Below the pieces are notes generated by a model. The model was given only the letters and a program-made list of their open reading frames with translations. It was not told where the DNA came from and ran no database searches. A stretch of 64,000 nucleotides of DNA from Myxococcota bacterium (GTDB taxonomy: Bacteria > Myxococcota > JACRCW01), in assembly GCA_040752415.1 (NCBI GenBank), contig JBFMGU010000024.1:1-64000 (forward strand). The letters are read 5' to 3'. Below are positions 39,991 to 49,601 of the stretch, one piece after another. Each line of letters begins with the position of its first letter. Position 1 is the first letter of the stretch. Position numbers and translations under genes: made by a program.

Positions 39991-41439
39991 ATGCATGCAC
40001 TCATCGCATTCGTTCGGCGGCTGTTGAGCAACAGGCTAAGTCAGCTGGGAACGTACTTCACGGCGGTGTCGGGGCTGGGGATCCTGTTGCTGGCGTTCGT
40101 GGATGCGGCCCTGGGTCCCGTCAACGACTACGCGAGCCTGTTCATGATGGCGGTGTTGGCGCTGGCGTTCCTCTTGGGGCTGGTGCTCATTCCGGTGGGG
40201 TTCCTGCTGGATCGTCGTCGTCACGGCATGGGGATCCGTCACGTGCCGCACACGCCGCATCGCCTGGGGGTGGCGGCGGAGCGTGCGGCGTTCATCGCCA
40301 TGGCCACCATCCTGAGCCTGCTCATCCTCGGCGCGGCCGGTCAGAAGACGGTGCGGGTGATGAACTCCGGTCAATTCTGCGGCACCGCGTGTCACACGCC
40401 CATGCAGCCGGAGTGGACGGCGTACCAGGAGAATCCGCACTCGCAGGTGCGTTGCGTGGAGTGTCACGTGGGCTCGGGCGTGGTCTGGGGCTTGCGCGCC
40501 AAGCTGGACGGCGCCAAGCGGTTGATGAGCATGCTGACGGAGGAGTACGCGCGGCCCATCCCCACGCCGGTGCACGGCATGCGCGCCGCGGCGGACACCT
40601 GCGGGAGCTGCCACGCCGCCTCCGACGGGATGAAGGGCAACAAGGTGAAGGTCTATCCGCGCTACGGCGAGGACCGCGACAACAAGCCCGCGTTCAACGT
40701 GGCGCTGCTCTACCTGGGCGGCGTCAATCCGCGCACCGGCCGCGCGCAGGGTATCCACGCGCACGCCGACGCGAAGCGCCAGATCCGCTACGAGACAATG
40801 GACGAGAAGCGCACGCGCATTGGCAGGATCAGCGTGTATGAGGAGGGCCAGCTGGTGGCGGAGTACCGTCGTCCCGACGAGAAGGGCACGCCGGTGGCGG
40901 AGCGGGTGATGGACTGCCTGGATTGCCACAACCAGCCCAGCCACTCCTTCGTGGGGACGGCGCGGCTGGCGGTGGACAACGCGCTCTACAATGGCACGCT
41001 GGATCCTAAGGTTCCCTATGTCAGCAAGGTGGCGGTGGCCCTGCTCATGGCGGCCACGCCGCCGCGTGAGCAGGCCGCGGAGCATTTCCGCAAGGCGGTG
41101 AAGGAGACCTACGCCCGGGACCACGCCGACGAGAAGGTGGCGGAGGAGGACCTGGAGCGCCTGGCCCGGGGGCTCAACGCGCTCTACCAGCGCAACATCT
41201 TCCCGGACATGAAGGTGGGCTGGGGCACCTTCCGCACCCAGCTGGACCACCGCGACGAGAAGGACCAGGTGGGGTGCTTCCGCTGTCACAACAGCGACTA
41301 CGAGGCCACCGTGCTGGCCAGCGGCCGGAAGAAGAAGCTGGACCAGGACTGCGAGGCCTGCCACGCCATGCTGGCCAGCGAGGAGGACCCGGCGGAGATG
41401 GAGGAGGCGCTGCAGCCTTTGGTGCTCATCGACCCGTGA
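39991..41439 (+). CDS. NapC/NirT-family membrane-anchored multiheme cytochrome (6 heme motifs)
   Basis: Three N-term TM helices, FCGTACHTPM, SQVRCVECH, CGSCH, CLDCH, CFRCH, CEACH. Confidence 0.9.
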   Translation: MHALIAFVRRLLSNRLSQLGTYFTAVSGLGILLLAFVDAALGPVNDYASLFMMAVLALAFLLGLVLIPVGFLLDRRRHGMGIRHVPHTPHRLGVAAERAAFIAMATILSLLILGAAGQKTVRVMNSGQFCGTACHTPMQPEWTAYQENPHSQVRCVECHVGSGVVWGLRAKLDGAKRLMSMLTEEYARPIPTPVHGMRAAADTCGSCHAASDGMKGNKVKVYPRYGEDRDNKPAFNVALLYLGGVNPRTGRAQGIHAHADAKRQIRYETMDEKRTRIGRISVYEEGQLVAEYRRPDEKGTPVAERVMDCLDCHNQPSHSFVGTARLAVDNALYNGTLDPKVPYVSKVAVALLMAATPPREQAAEHFRKAVKETYARDHADEKVAEEDLERLARGLNALYQRNIFPDMKVGWGTFRTQLDHRDEKDQVGCFRCHNSDYEATVLASGRKKKLDQDCEACHAMLASEEDPAEMEEALQPLVLIDP

Positions 41440-41519
41440 GCCGGGTGGAACGTGGTGCCACCCCGACGCGATGGCGCCAGGGGTTGAAACCACCGGCCCC
41501 GGGATGCCATGGCGCGGGC

Positions 41520-43403
41520 ATGGAGCACACGCGAGTGGTCACCGGGCGCATCCGCCCCCATCCCCGGGGTTTCGGCTTCCTCAACGTGACGGAGGGCGAC
41601 GCGGTGTTGCGCGCCTTCATCACGCCGCCGGATCTCAATCCCTTCCTTGCCGACGACGAGGTCATGGCCACCATCACCCGCGCCGCCGACGGGAGGTGGA
41701 GCGCTTCCGGGCTCACGCTGGTGCGACGCCACCGCCGCGAGCTGTTCGGGACGGTGGTGATCCGTCGGGGCGGCACGTTCATCAAGGCGGATCCCGACGT
41801 GGCCAACACCGACTGGCCGCTGGATACCGGTGGCGTCGAGGTGAAGGCCGGCGCCACGGTGTTGGCCGCGGTGGAGACCGGCCGTGCGCACCTGTCCCGC
41901 GTGCTCCCCGCCGACGCGGACCTCTCCCTGGAGCGCGTGATTGCGCGCTACGGCCTGCACGCGGAGTTCCCGACCGACGCGCTGCAGGAGGCCCAGGCCG
42001 CGGCGCTGCGACCCCACGTGCTGGGAGCGCGACGGGACCTGCGCGGCGTGCCCACCATCACCGTGGACGCTCCCTCCACGCGCGACATCGACGACGCCAT
42101 CAGTGTGCTCCCCGCCGGATCCGACGGTGCGCTGCGCGTCATGATCTCCATTGCCGACGTGGCGGAACACGTTCCCGGGGGCGGTGCCCTGGACCGCGCC
42201 GCGCGCCTGCGCGCCACCAGCACCTATCTCGCCGGCCGGGTGCTGCCGATGTTCCCCGAGGAGCTGAGCGCCGGTCACCTCTCGCTGCTGCCGCAGCAGG
42301 ACCGCTCCTGTCTCACCGTGGAGCTGCGCCTGGATCCGGAAGGCAACGTGGCCGCAGTGGACGTCTATGAGAGCCTCATCCGCTCCTGGGCGCGCCTCAA
42401 CTACGACGAGGTGGCGGAGTTCCTGGACCACGGTCGCATCTCCGAGGCCATGGCGCCGGTGAAGGAGGCCATGCCGTGGTTCCGCACCGCCGGGGCGCGC
42501 ATGGGAATGGCGCGGGCGCGTCGGGGTGGCCTGGTGATCAGTCGCGACGAGGCGCGCGTGACCTTTGACCGGCAGACCGGCACCGCCACGGGAATTGAAC
42601 GCGTGCGCTCCAATTCCGCGCACACGCTGGTGGAGCGTTTCATGGTGCTGGCCAATGAGGCCATTGGCGCGTGGTTGCATGACCGCGGCGTGCCCGCGCT
42701 CTACCGCGTGCACGACGAGCCCGACGCCGAGCGGATTGCGGAGATGGTGGAGTTCGCGCGGCACAGCGGGTTCATGGCCGGGTTTGCGCGCAAGCTCACG
42801 CCGCTGGCGTTGGCGGCGTTTGACCTGCAGATCCGCGGCGCGGCGTGTGAGCCGGCGTTGCGCTCGGTGTTGCGAAGGGCGCTGGGACCGGCGCGGTACA
42901 CGGTGCATCCCGGCGGACACTTCGGGCTGGGCGCGCCGCTGTACCTGCACTTCACCTCACCCATCCGTCGCTACGCGGACCTGGCGGTGCACCGCACCAT
43001 CAAGAGCTACCTGCACGGCGCGCGCAACTTCCAGGTGGAGGATCCCGCGGTGGAGACGCTGGCGCAGCACATCAACGAGCGCGCCTTCAACGCCTCCCGC
43101 GCGGAGAGCGAGCGGCACCGCATCCTGGAAGCGCAGCTCATGACCGCGCGCGTGGGTGAGGAGTTTGCCGCGCACATCACGCGGGTGCGTCCTTTTGGTT
43201 TCCTCGCGCAGATCGACGAGACGCTGGTGGAAGGCCTGGTTCCCACCGACGCGCTCCCCGCCGGTCCCTACCGCGCCGACGACCGCGAGACGCTCCTCAC
43301 CAACGGGACGCGCAGCTTCACCGTGGGCATGCCGGTGCGGGTGCGCCTGGTGGGCACGGACACGCAGCTCGGTCGGCTGGAGTTCGCGCTGGTGGGCGGG
43401 TAA
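41520..43403 (+). CDS. RNB-domain exoribonuclease (RNase R/II family)
   Basis: HPRGFGF, ITVDAPSTRDIDDAIS, IADVA, FMVLANE, HFGL..YLHFTSPIRRYADL, S1 domain. Confidence 0.93.
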   Translation: MEHTRVVTGRIRPHPRGFGFLNVTEGDAVLRAFITPPDLNPFLADDEVMATITRAADGRWSASGLTLVRRHRRELFGTVVIRRGGTFIKADPDVANTDWPLDTGGVEVKAGATVLAAVETGRAHLSRVLPADADLSLERVIARYGLHAEFPTDALQEAQAAALRPHVLGARRDLRGVPTITVDAPSTRDIDDAISVLPAGSDGALRVMISIADVAEHVPGGGALDRAARLRATSTYLAGRVLPMFPEELSAGHLSLLPQQDRSCLTVELRLDPEGNVAAVDVYESLIRSWARLNYDEVAEFLDHGRISEAMAPVKEAMPWFRTAGARMGMARARRGGLVISRDEARVTFDRQTGTATGIERVRSNSAHTLVERFMVLANEAIGAWLHDRGVPALYRVHDEPDAERIAEMVEFARHSGFMAGFARKLTPLALAAFDLQIRGAACEPALRSVLRRALGPARYTVHPGGHFGLGAPLYLHFTSPIRRYADLAVHRTIKSYLHGARNFQVEDPAVETLAQHINERAFNASRAESERHRILEAQLMTARVGEEFAAHITRVRPFGFLAQIDETLVEGLVPTDALPAGPYRADDRETLLTNGTRSFTVGMPVRVRLVGTDTQLGRLEFALVGG

Positions 43404-43406
43404 GGC

Positions 43407-43958
43407 TCACGCGGCGCGCACGGCGCCGGAGAACCCCTCCACGTCGTCGAGCGGGATGTGATCCGAGATGTTCTTGCCGTAGTACGCGGTCTGGATGATG
43501 CCGCGCTCGTCAATGAAGAAGTCGGCCGGCACGCGCGAGATGCGCCCGTCCGCGCCCTTGGGAAGGTCCGCCAGCACACCCTCCCGTTGCGCCTCCCGCA
43601 GCTTGCCGATGTTGGCCGGCGACAACACGCCCACCACGGAGGTCTCCACGCCGTAGCGGCGGTAGAGATCCTCGTCGGGGTCGCACAGGATGGGGAAGGA
43701 CACGTTGCGCCGCGCCACCATCTCCGCCACCGCCGCGGGTGAGGAGTGGAACACCGCCAGCATCCTGAGTCCCCCCGCCTGCCAGCGCGGTGCGCCGTCC
43801 ATGAGCTGGTGCATGCGCAGGTTGCAGAAGGGACAGCTGGCAAAACGGTAGAACGCGAGCCACACGCGCTGCCCGCGCAGCGACGAGAGCGTCACCGCCC
43901 GACCATCATGGGTCAGGGCCGTGAAGTCCGGCGCGGGTTGTCCGGGAAGGAGTCTCAT
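43407..43958 (-). CDS. AhpC/TSA peroxiredoxin-like protein
   Basis: GQPAPDF, FYRFASCPFCNLR, FPILCDPD, PADFFIDERG. Confidence 0.9.
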   Translation of the reverse strand: MRLLPGQPAPDFTALTHDGRAVTLSSLRGQRVWLAFYRFASCPFCNLRMHQLMDGAPRWQAGGLRMLAVFHSSPAAVAEMVARRNVSFPILCDPDEDLYRRYGVETSVVGVLSPANIGKLREAQREGVLADLPKGADGRISRVPADFFIDERGIIQTAYYGKNISDHIPLDDVEGFSGAVRAA

Positions 43959-44048
43959 GTCGCAGTCCTGTGGGTGCCCTGCACACCCGACGTGGGCGGC
44001 CAGGTGCGGACTTCGGATGCGGGTGCCGGGAAAAGGATTCCGCGCTGA

Positions 44049-44969
44049 TCAACCGGGAGCGGGCTGCCAGCGCACCACGCGGTTGCGTCCCTGACGTTTG
44101 GCCTCGTAGAGGGCCTGGTCGGCCAGGCGCACCAGGTCACGCGCGTCGGCGTCGGGAGACATGTCACTGAGTGCCAGGCCCACGCTGGCGGTCACCCGCG
44201 CGCGGTGCTCACCGCTGACGCATTCCTGGCTCTCAATGACGCTGCGCAGCCGCTCCGCGAAGAATGCCGCGCCTTCCGCGTTGGTCTCCGTCAGCACCAC
44301 CAGGAACTCGTCGCCGCCGTAGCGCGCCGCCAGGTCGGTCTCCCGCACATTGCCGCGGATCACCGCGCCCAGCTGGGCCAGCACGTAGCTGCCAAAGAGG
44401 TGGTCGTGCGCGTCGTTGACGTTCTTGAAGTGGTCCAGGTCAATCATCACCACGCCCACGGTGCGCTTGTAGCGACGCGCGCGCTTCAACGCGTTGTCGA
44501 TGCGCGCATACATGGAGCGCATGTTGTAGAGCTGGGTGAGGTCGTCGATCTCTACCTGTTCCTGGAGGCGACGGTTGGCGTCGGCCAGGCGGTCATGCAG
44601 GTCCTTGATGCGCAGCTGCACGCGCACGCGCGCCTGGAGCTCCTCGGGGTCGAACGGCTTGCAGATGTAGTCATCCGCGCCGGCGTCCAGGCCCCGCACC
44701 ACGTCGGGCTTCTCGCTGCGCGCGGTGACGAACACCACGGCCACGTACTGTTCGCGCTGGCGCACCAGCTTGAGGGTCTCCAGGCCGTCCAGGCCGGGCA
44801 TGTTGAAGTCCAGCACCACCAGCTCCGGGGTGGACTCGTTGAGAATCTTCAGCGCCTGGACCCCGTTGGCGGCCACGGAGACCCGGTGCCCGTCGGCGGC
44901 GAGCGTGGCCGCCAACAGCGCGCGGCTGTCGGTGCTGTCGTCGACAACGAGAATGTGACGGCCGGTCAT
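44049..44969 (-). CDS. Response regulator diguanylate cyclase (REC-GGDEF)
   Basis: ILVVDD..VLDFNMP..KPF; DDLTQLYN, DLDHFKNVND, RETD I-site, RYGGDEF. Confidence 0.95.
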   Translation of the reverse strand: MTGRHILVVDDSTDSRALLAATLAADGHRVSVAANGVQALKILNESTPELVVLDFNMPGLDGLETLKLVRQREQYVAVVFVTARSEKPDVVRGLDAGADDYICKPFDPEELQARVRVQLRIKDLHDRLADANRRLQEQVEIDDLTQLYNMRSMYARIDNALKRARRYKRTVGVVMIDLDHFKNVNDAHDHLFGSYVLAQLGAVIRGNVRETDLAARYGGDEFLVVLTETNAEGAAFFAERLRSVIESQECVSGEHRARVTASVGLALSDMSPDADARDLVRLADQALYEAKRQGRNRVVRWQPAPG

Positions 44970-45082
44970 CCGCGTGCGTTCCCCGTCAATCCTCGGCGGA
45001 GGCGCAGGTCCAGTCAAGAAAAGGCCCGGAAACGCGCGCGGTTTGCCTCCCGCGTCCCCGACGGTGCTAGAGAGTGGGGCGC

Positions 45083-47137
45083 ATGCTGGAGCAGACGCGC
45101 ACCTTCCGCCTGGCCGCCGTGGAGCTGCTGGCCATCAGCCTGGTGGCGCTGTTCCAGGAGCTCACGCTCATCCGCTGGGTTCCCGGGCAGGTCCGCGCGC
45201 TCGCGTATTTTCCGAACCTCATCCTGCTCAGCGCGTTCCTCGGTCTGGGCCTGGGGTGCCTGCGCGCGCGCGGGAAGTCGCTGCTGTGGTTGTGGCCGGT
45301 GTCCCTGGTGGCGCTGGTGCTGGCCGCGGTGGGCATGGGCCAGGTGGTCTTCACCCACGAATCCACCGACGAGCATCTCTGGCTCCTCTACTACGACCTG
45401 CCGCCGGGCGCGCCGGTGGTGCGCAACCTGCACCTCCCCATCATCTCGCTGTTCACGCTCAGCGCGGTGAGCTTCATCCCGCTGGGGCAGCTCCTGGCGC
45501 AGCGGCTGCAATCCTTCCGGGAGCGCGGTCAGTCGCTGTGGGGCTATTGCCTGGACATCCTGGGCTCCCTCACCGGCGTCATCACCTTCACGTGGCTCTC
45601 CATCAGCGGGCTGCTGCCGGTGTGGTGGTTTGCGGCGCTGTTGCTGCTGGGGCTGCTGCTGGTGTTCCGGCATGGTCGCGTGACGGTGGGCTACGCGGTG
45701 GCGGGTGCGTTGACGTTGACGGCGGTGCAGCTGAGCGAGCGCAATGAGCGCTACAGCCCGTACTACGCCATCACGCGCAAGGCGGGCCTGGAGCCGTGGC
45801 AGGGCTTTGACGTGCTGGCCAACGGGTCGCTGCACCAGTGTGCGCGCTCGTTGCGCCGGGACACGCCCGGTCTCGACGAGAAACACCGCGTGGTGCGCGA
45901 GGGCTATCACCATCCGTACCGTCTGCTGGCCAAGCCGCCGAGGCGCGTGCTGGTGTTGGGCGCGGGCACCGGCAACGACGTGGCGGTGGCGCTGGATGAA
46001 GGCGCAGAGCAGGTGGATGCCGTCGAGATCGACCCGGTGATCCTGGAGCTGGGGAAGCAGCACCACCCCGACCGTCCCTATGACTCGCCCAAGGTCCGCA
46101 TCATCAACACCGACGCGCGCTCCTTCCTCAATGAGTCCACGGAGACCTATGACCTCGTCGTGTTCGGGACGCTGGACTCGCTCACGCGGCTGAGTGCGCT
46201 GTCCAACGTGCGCCTCGACAACTTCGTGTACACGCAGGAGTCCATCGAGGCGGCACGTCGTCACCTGGCGCCGGGTGGCGGCATGGTCCTCTATTTCATG
46301 GTGCTGGCCACGTACATTGACGAGCACATCCTGGGCATGCTGGTGCGCGCTTTTGGGGAGCCGCCCGGCGTGGTGCGCGCGGACCGCCACCTCTTCAACA
46401 ACATCTATCTCGCCGGGGAGGCCTTCTCGGCGGTGCGTCCACCCGCTTCGTCCGACGAGGTGAAAGCGCTGATGGAGCTGGACGTCCCCACCGACGACTG
46501 GCCGTACCTGTACCTGCGCGGTCGTGAGCTGGGCAGCTTCTACCTGAGCATCATGGCCATCCTGGGATTGCTCGCCGTGGCGGCGGTGATGTTGGTGAGC
46601 CGGCAGATGCGGGAGGGGATGCTCAAGCTGCGCGGCTGGGACATGCCGATGTTCCTCTTCGGCCTCGCGTTCCTCCTGCTGGAGACCAACTCGGTGACGC
46701 GCATGGGCCTGGTGTGGGGCGCCACGTGGCTGACCAGCGCGGTGGTGTTCGGGGCCATCCTGGCGATGATCCTGCTGGCCACCGTCGTCACGCAGCTGCG
46801 CACGTTGCCGCCGCTGCTGGTGGTGCCGGGGCTGGTGGTGACGCTGGTGGTGGGCTACGCGCTGCCCACGGAGATGCTGTTGCAGATGGACGGCGCGTTG
46901 CGTCTGTTGCTCTCCACGCTGTTCGTGGGCGCGCCCATCTTCTTTGCCAGCTGCTGCTTTGCCACCGCCTTCCGTGACCGCGACGAGAGCGACCACGCGC
47001 TGGGATGGAACCTGCTGGGCGCGGTGACCGGCGGTCTGCTGGAGATGCTCTCGATGGTGCTGGGATTCAAGGCGCTGACGTTGCTGGCGTTGCTGGCGTA
47101 TCTGCCGGCGGTGCTGCCGGGCCTGCGTCGTCGATGA
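45083..47137 (+). CDS. Membrane-bound spermidine-synthase-like SAM-dependent transferase
   Basis: TM blocks flanking VLVLGAGTGNDV, AVEIDP, DARSFL, PTDDWPYLY. Confidence 0.85.
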   Translation: MLEQTRTFRLAAVELLAISLVALFQELTLIRWVPGQVRALAYFPNLILLSAFLGLGLGCLRARGKSLLWLWPVSLVALVLAAVGMGQVVFTHESTDEHLWLLYYDLPPGAPVVRNLHLPIISLFTLSAVSFIPLGQLLAQRLQSFRERGQSLWGYCLDILGSLTGVITFTWLSISGLLPVWWFAALLLLGLLLVFRHGRVTVGYAVAGALTLTAVQLSERNERYSPYYAITRKAGLEPWQGFDVLANGSLHQCARSLRRDTPGLDEKHRVVREGYHHPYRLLAKPPRRVLVLGAGTGNDVAVALDEGAEQVDAVEIDPVILELGKQHHPDRPYDSPKVRIINTDARSFLNESTETYDLVVFGTLDSLTRLSALSNVRLDNFVYTQESIEAARRHLAPGGGMVLYFMVLATYIDEHILGMLVRAFGEPPGVVRADRHLFNNIYLAGEAFSAVRPPASSDEVKALMELDVPTDDWPYLYLRGRELGSFYLSIMAILGLLAVAAVMLVSRQMREGMLKLRGWDMPMFLFGLAFLLLETNSVTRMGLVWGATWLTSAVVFGAILAMILLATVVTQLRTLPPLLVVPGLVVTLVVGYALPTEMLLQMDGALRLLLSTLFVGAPIFFASCCFATAFRDRDESDHALGWNLLGAVTGGLLEMLSMVLGFKALTLLALLAYLPAVLPGLRRR

Positions 47138-47204
47138 CCGTGGAATTCCCCATGCGGCGTGGGGCCGATGCCGCGTGTCCGGCGTCCCTGGTAGCAAGGA
47201 CGTG

Positions 47205-48587
47205 ATGCGGAACCGCCTCCTGAGTCTGTGGCTCGCCGTGGTGACGACTGCGTGCACGCCGCGCGCTTCCACGTCGGTAGCCGATGTGGGGCACGCGCTC
47301 GACGCAGCGGTGGCTCGTGACGCGGGGATGCGCGCGGATGCCGCGGAGACGCGTGATGCCACGTCGTCCGACGCCAACACGGGTGATGCCGGCGATCCCG
47401 ACGAGCGACCGCGGGATGCCGGCACGCGCGACGCCACGCTCGTGGTCACTGATGCTGGTGATACCGTCGAGCCGCCCGAGCCCGATGAGCCGGATGCCGG
47501 GATTCCCGACGCCGCGACGGGCGTCCCGGATGCCGCTGGCCCCGTCGACGCGACGCCGCCTCCCGCGGTCGCGGCCTACTTCAACGCGCCCCACGGCGAC
47601 GACCAACCCGACGACACGCTGGAGCTCGTCCTCAAGGAACTGTTGTCGCACGCGGCGGTGGGGTCGCAGGTGCGCGTCTCCCTGTTCACGCTGACGCGCG
47701 GGACCATGGCGCAGGCTTTTGTGGCGGCGTTCAACCGCGGCGTCGACGTGCGCCTCGTCCTCGACGGACACAACGCCACCTACGCGGCCTACCAGACGCT
47801 GGTCGACGGACTGGGCGCGGAGCGCATCACCCTGTGCGGCACGGTGGCGGCGGGCTCCTGCATTGGCACCGGGATCAATCACAGCAAGTTCTACCTGTTC
47901 TCCCAACTCGACGACGGCACGGCCAACGTGGTGGTGCAGAGCTCCGCGAACCTCTCCTCGCCCATGCTCAAGGAGCACAACAATCTCGTCGTGGTGCGGG
48001 ATGACGCCGCGCTCTACAGCGGATACCTGGACGTCTGGCAGGACCAGCAGGCGCAGGCGCGCAACGATGATTACTACCGCGTTGTCGTCGGGGACCGGCC
48101 CATCCGCACGTATTTCTACCCGCGCGCGCAGGGAGACACGGTGGTCTCCGTGCTCAGCAACGTGAGCTGCGGTGGGGGAGGGCGGGTGCTGCTGGCCATG
48201 TCCCTGTTCACCAATGCGCGCGTGGCCATCGCCGACCGGCTGGCCGAGCTGAAGGGACAGGGATGTGACGTCCAGGCCCTGCTGCGCGACGACGGAACCA
48301 CGCCGGGCGACGCCATCGTGAACGCGTTGGCCGACGGAAACGTGCCCTATCGTCGCATCACGCAGACCGCGACGCGGTCCACCATCCACAGCAAGATCCT
48401 CATCATCGACGCGCCCTACGACACCGGCAGCGGTCCCACCCGACGGAAACTCGTCTTCACCGGCTCCCACAACTACACGGGCGGTGCGCTCACGGACAAC
48501 GACGAGCAGCTCATGCGGGTGGACAGTCTCCCGGTGTTCGAAGCGTACCTGGCCAACTGGAACGCCATCCGCGCCACCGTGCCCTGA
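47205..48587 (+). CDS. Phospholipase D-superfamily lipoprotein
   Basis: Lipobox VTTAC, DAG-rich linker, NHSKF..SSAN and HSKILIID..TGSHN motifs. Confidence 0.88.
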   Translation: MRNRLLSLWLAVVTTACTPRASTSVADVGHALDAAVARDAGMRADAAETRDATSSDANTGDAGDPDERPRDAGTRDATLVVTDAGDTVEPPEPDEPDAGIPDAATGVPDAAGPVDATPPPAVAAYFNAPHGDDQPDDTLELVLKELLSHAAVGSQVRVSLFTLTRGTMAQAFVAAFNRGVDVRLVLDGHNATYAAYQTLVDGLGAERITLCGTVAAGSCIGTGINHSKFYLFSQLDDGTANVVVQSSANLSSPMLKEHNNLVVVRDDAALYSGYLDVWQDQQAQARNDDYYRVVVGDRPIRTYFYPRAQGDTVVSVLSNVSCGGGGRVLLAMSLFTNARVAIADRLAELKGQGCDVQALLRDDGTTPGDAIVNALADGNVPYRRITQTATRSTIHSKILIIDAPYDTGSGPTRRKLVFTGSHNYTGGALTDNDEQLMRVDSLPVFEAYLANWNAIRATVP

Positions 48588-48588
48588 G

Positions 48589-49368
48589 TCACGACGTCAG
48601 GTGCGTGTGGACCTCCGCGCAGCTCCGCAGCGTGCGACCGTGGGGCGGGTGCTGCGGCCAGGCGCCCCGACCAACAAGCACAAGCTGCAGGTGCTGCAGT
48701 CGACACGCGCGTCCCAGCAACGCCGCCTGCGCCGCCAGCGGCTCCGCGCGACCCGTTTCCGACGCGGCGACGACGATCATGTCCAGCCGCTGCGTATGTC
48801 CCGCGCGCGCCACCACGCTCATGGGAACGCCCGCACCCAGCCACAGCGTGTTCCACCCCGCCTCACGCAAGCACAGCTCGACGAGCGACAACGGCAGCAT
48901 CCGGCTCTCCCCCTCCGCGAGGGCAAGGAGCGCGCGGGGCGCGTCGGCGCGCTGGGGAATCCACTCCGCAAGGTGGGCGAGCGCGCGCTGCAGGCGCTCC
49001 TGGGCCAGCCGCAAGTCCAGCAGCATCACCGTCCCCGCCCGCCACCGCGCGCGCAGCTCCAGCATGGCCACGTCGAGGGCATCGGCAACCTTCCACCAGG
49101 AGCCGCTGGTGGCGCGCTGTTGCAGCAGGAGCGCTTCCATGCGGCGCACGTCGTCAACGGCCAGCAGCTCGCCCACCCAGGATTGCGTCCGCCCGCCCCC
49201 TTGACGACGACGGAAGTCCTCCAGCGCATGGGGATCGAAGCGGCGGTGCCTTCCCGCGGTGCGGATGCTGGGGAGCACGCCCGCGTCGGCCCAGCGCTTG
49301 ATGGTGGCGGTGCTGACGCCAAGCGTGCGCGCCGCGTCCGTGCTGCTCACCAGGTCACGTTCCGCCAT
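48589..49368 (-). CDS. Excisionase/MerR-type HTH regulator with degenerate B12-binding (CarH/LitR-like) domain
   Basis: AARTLGVSTATIKRWADAG..RTAGRHRRF; W..G helix bundle; Rossmann LREAGWNTLWLGAGVP, LVGRGA. Confidence 0.8.
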   Translation of the reverse strand: MAERDLVSSTDAARTLGVSTATIKRWADAGVLPSIRTAGRHRRFDPHALEDFRRRQGGGRTQSWVGELLAVDDVRRMEALLLQQRATSGSWWKVADALDVAMLELRARWRAGTVMLLDLRLAQERLQRALAHLAEWIPQRADAPRALLALAEGESRMLPLSLVELCLREAGWNTLWLGAGVPMSVVARAGHTQRLDMIVVAASETGRAEPLAAQAALLGRACRLQHLQLVLVGRGAWPQHPPHGRTLRSCAEVHTHLTS

Positions 49369-49601
49369 GGGAGCCAGCGTGTCACGAAATGAGCGGAGCA
49401 GCCACGCCGCCAGGACCGAAAAATCGCCCAAACCGCTCCTCGGATGCCGCCGTCCCGTCACGGCCCCGCTCGCGGCCGATACCCAGCGTGAACCGACAAC
49501 CCGGCTTCGCGCGGTGAATGCGGCGGTGGCTGCACGGCCTCCCCGTCTTTTCCGAGCGTGGCGAAAGCGTGGGACCTGATGCGTCCCGTCGTGGAGAGCC
49601 C

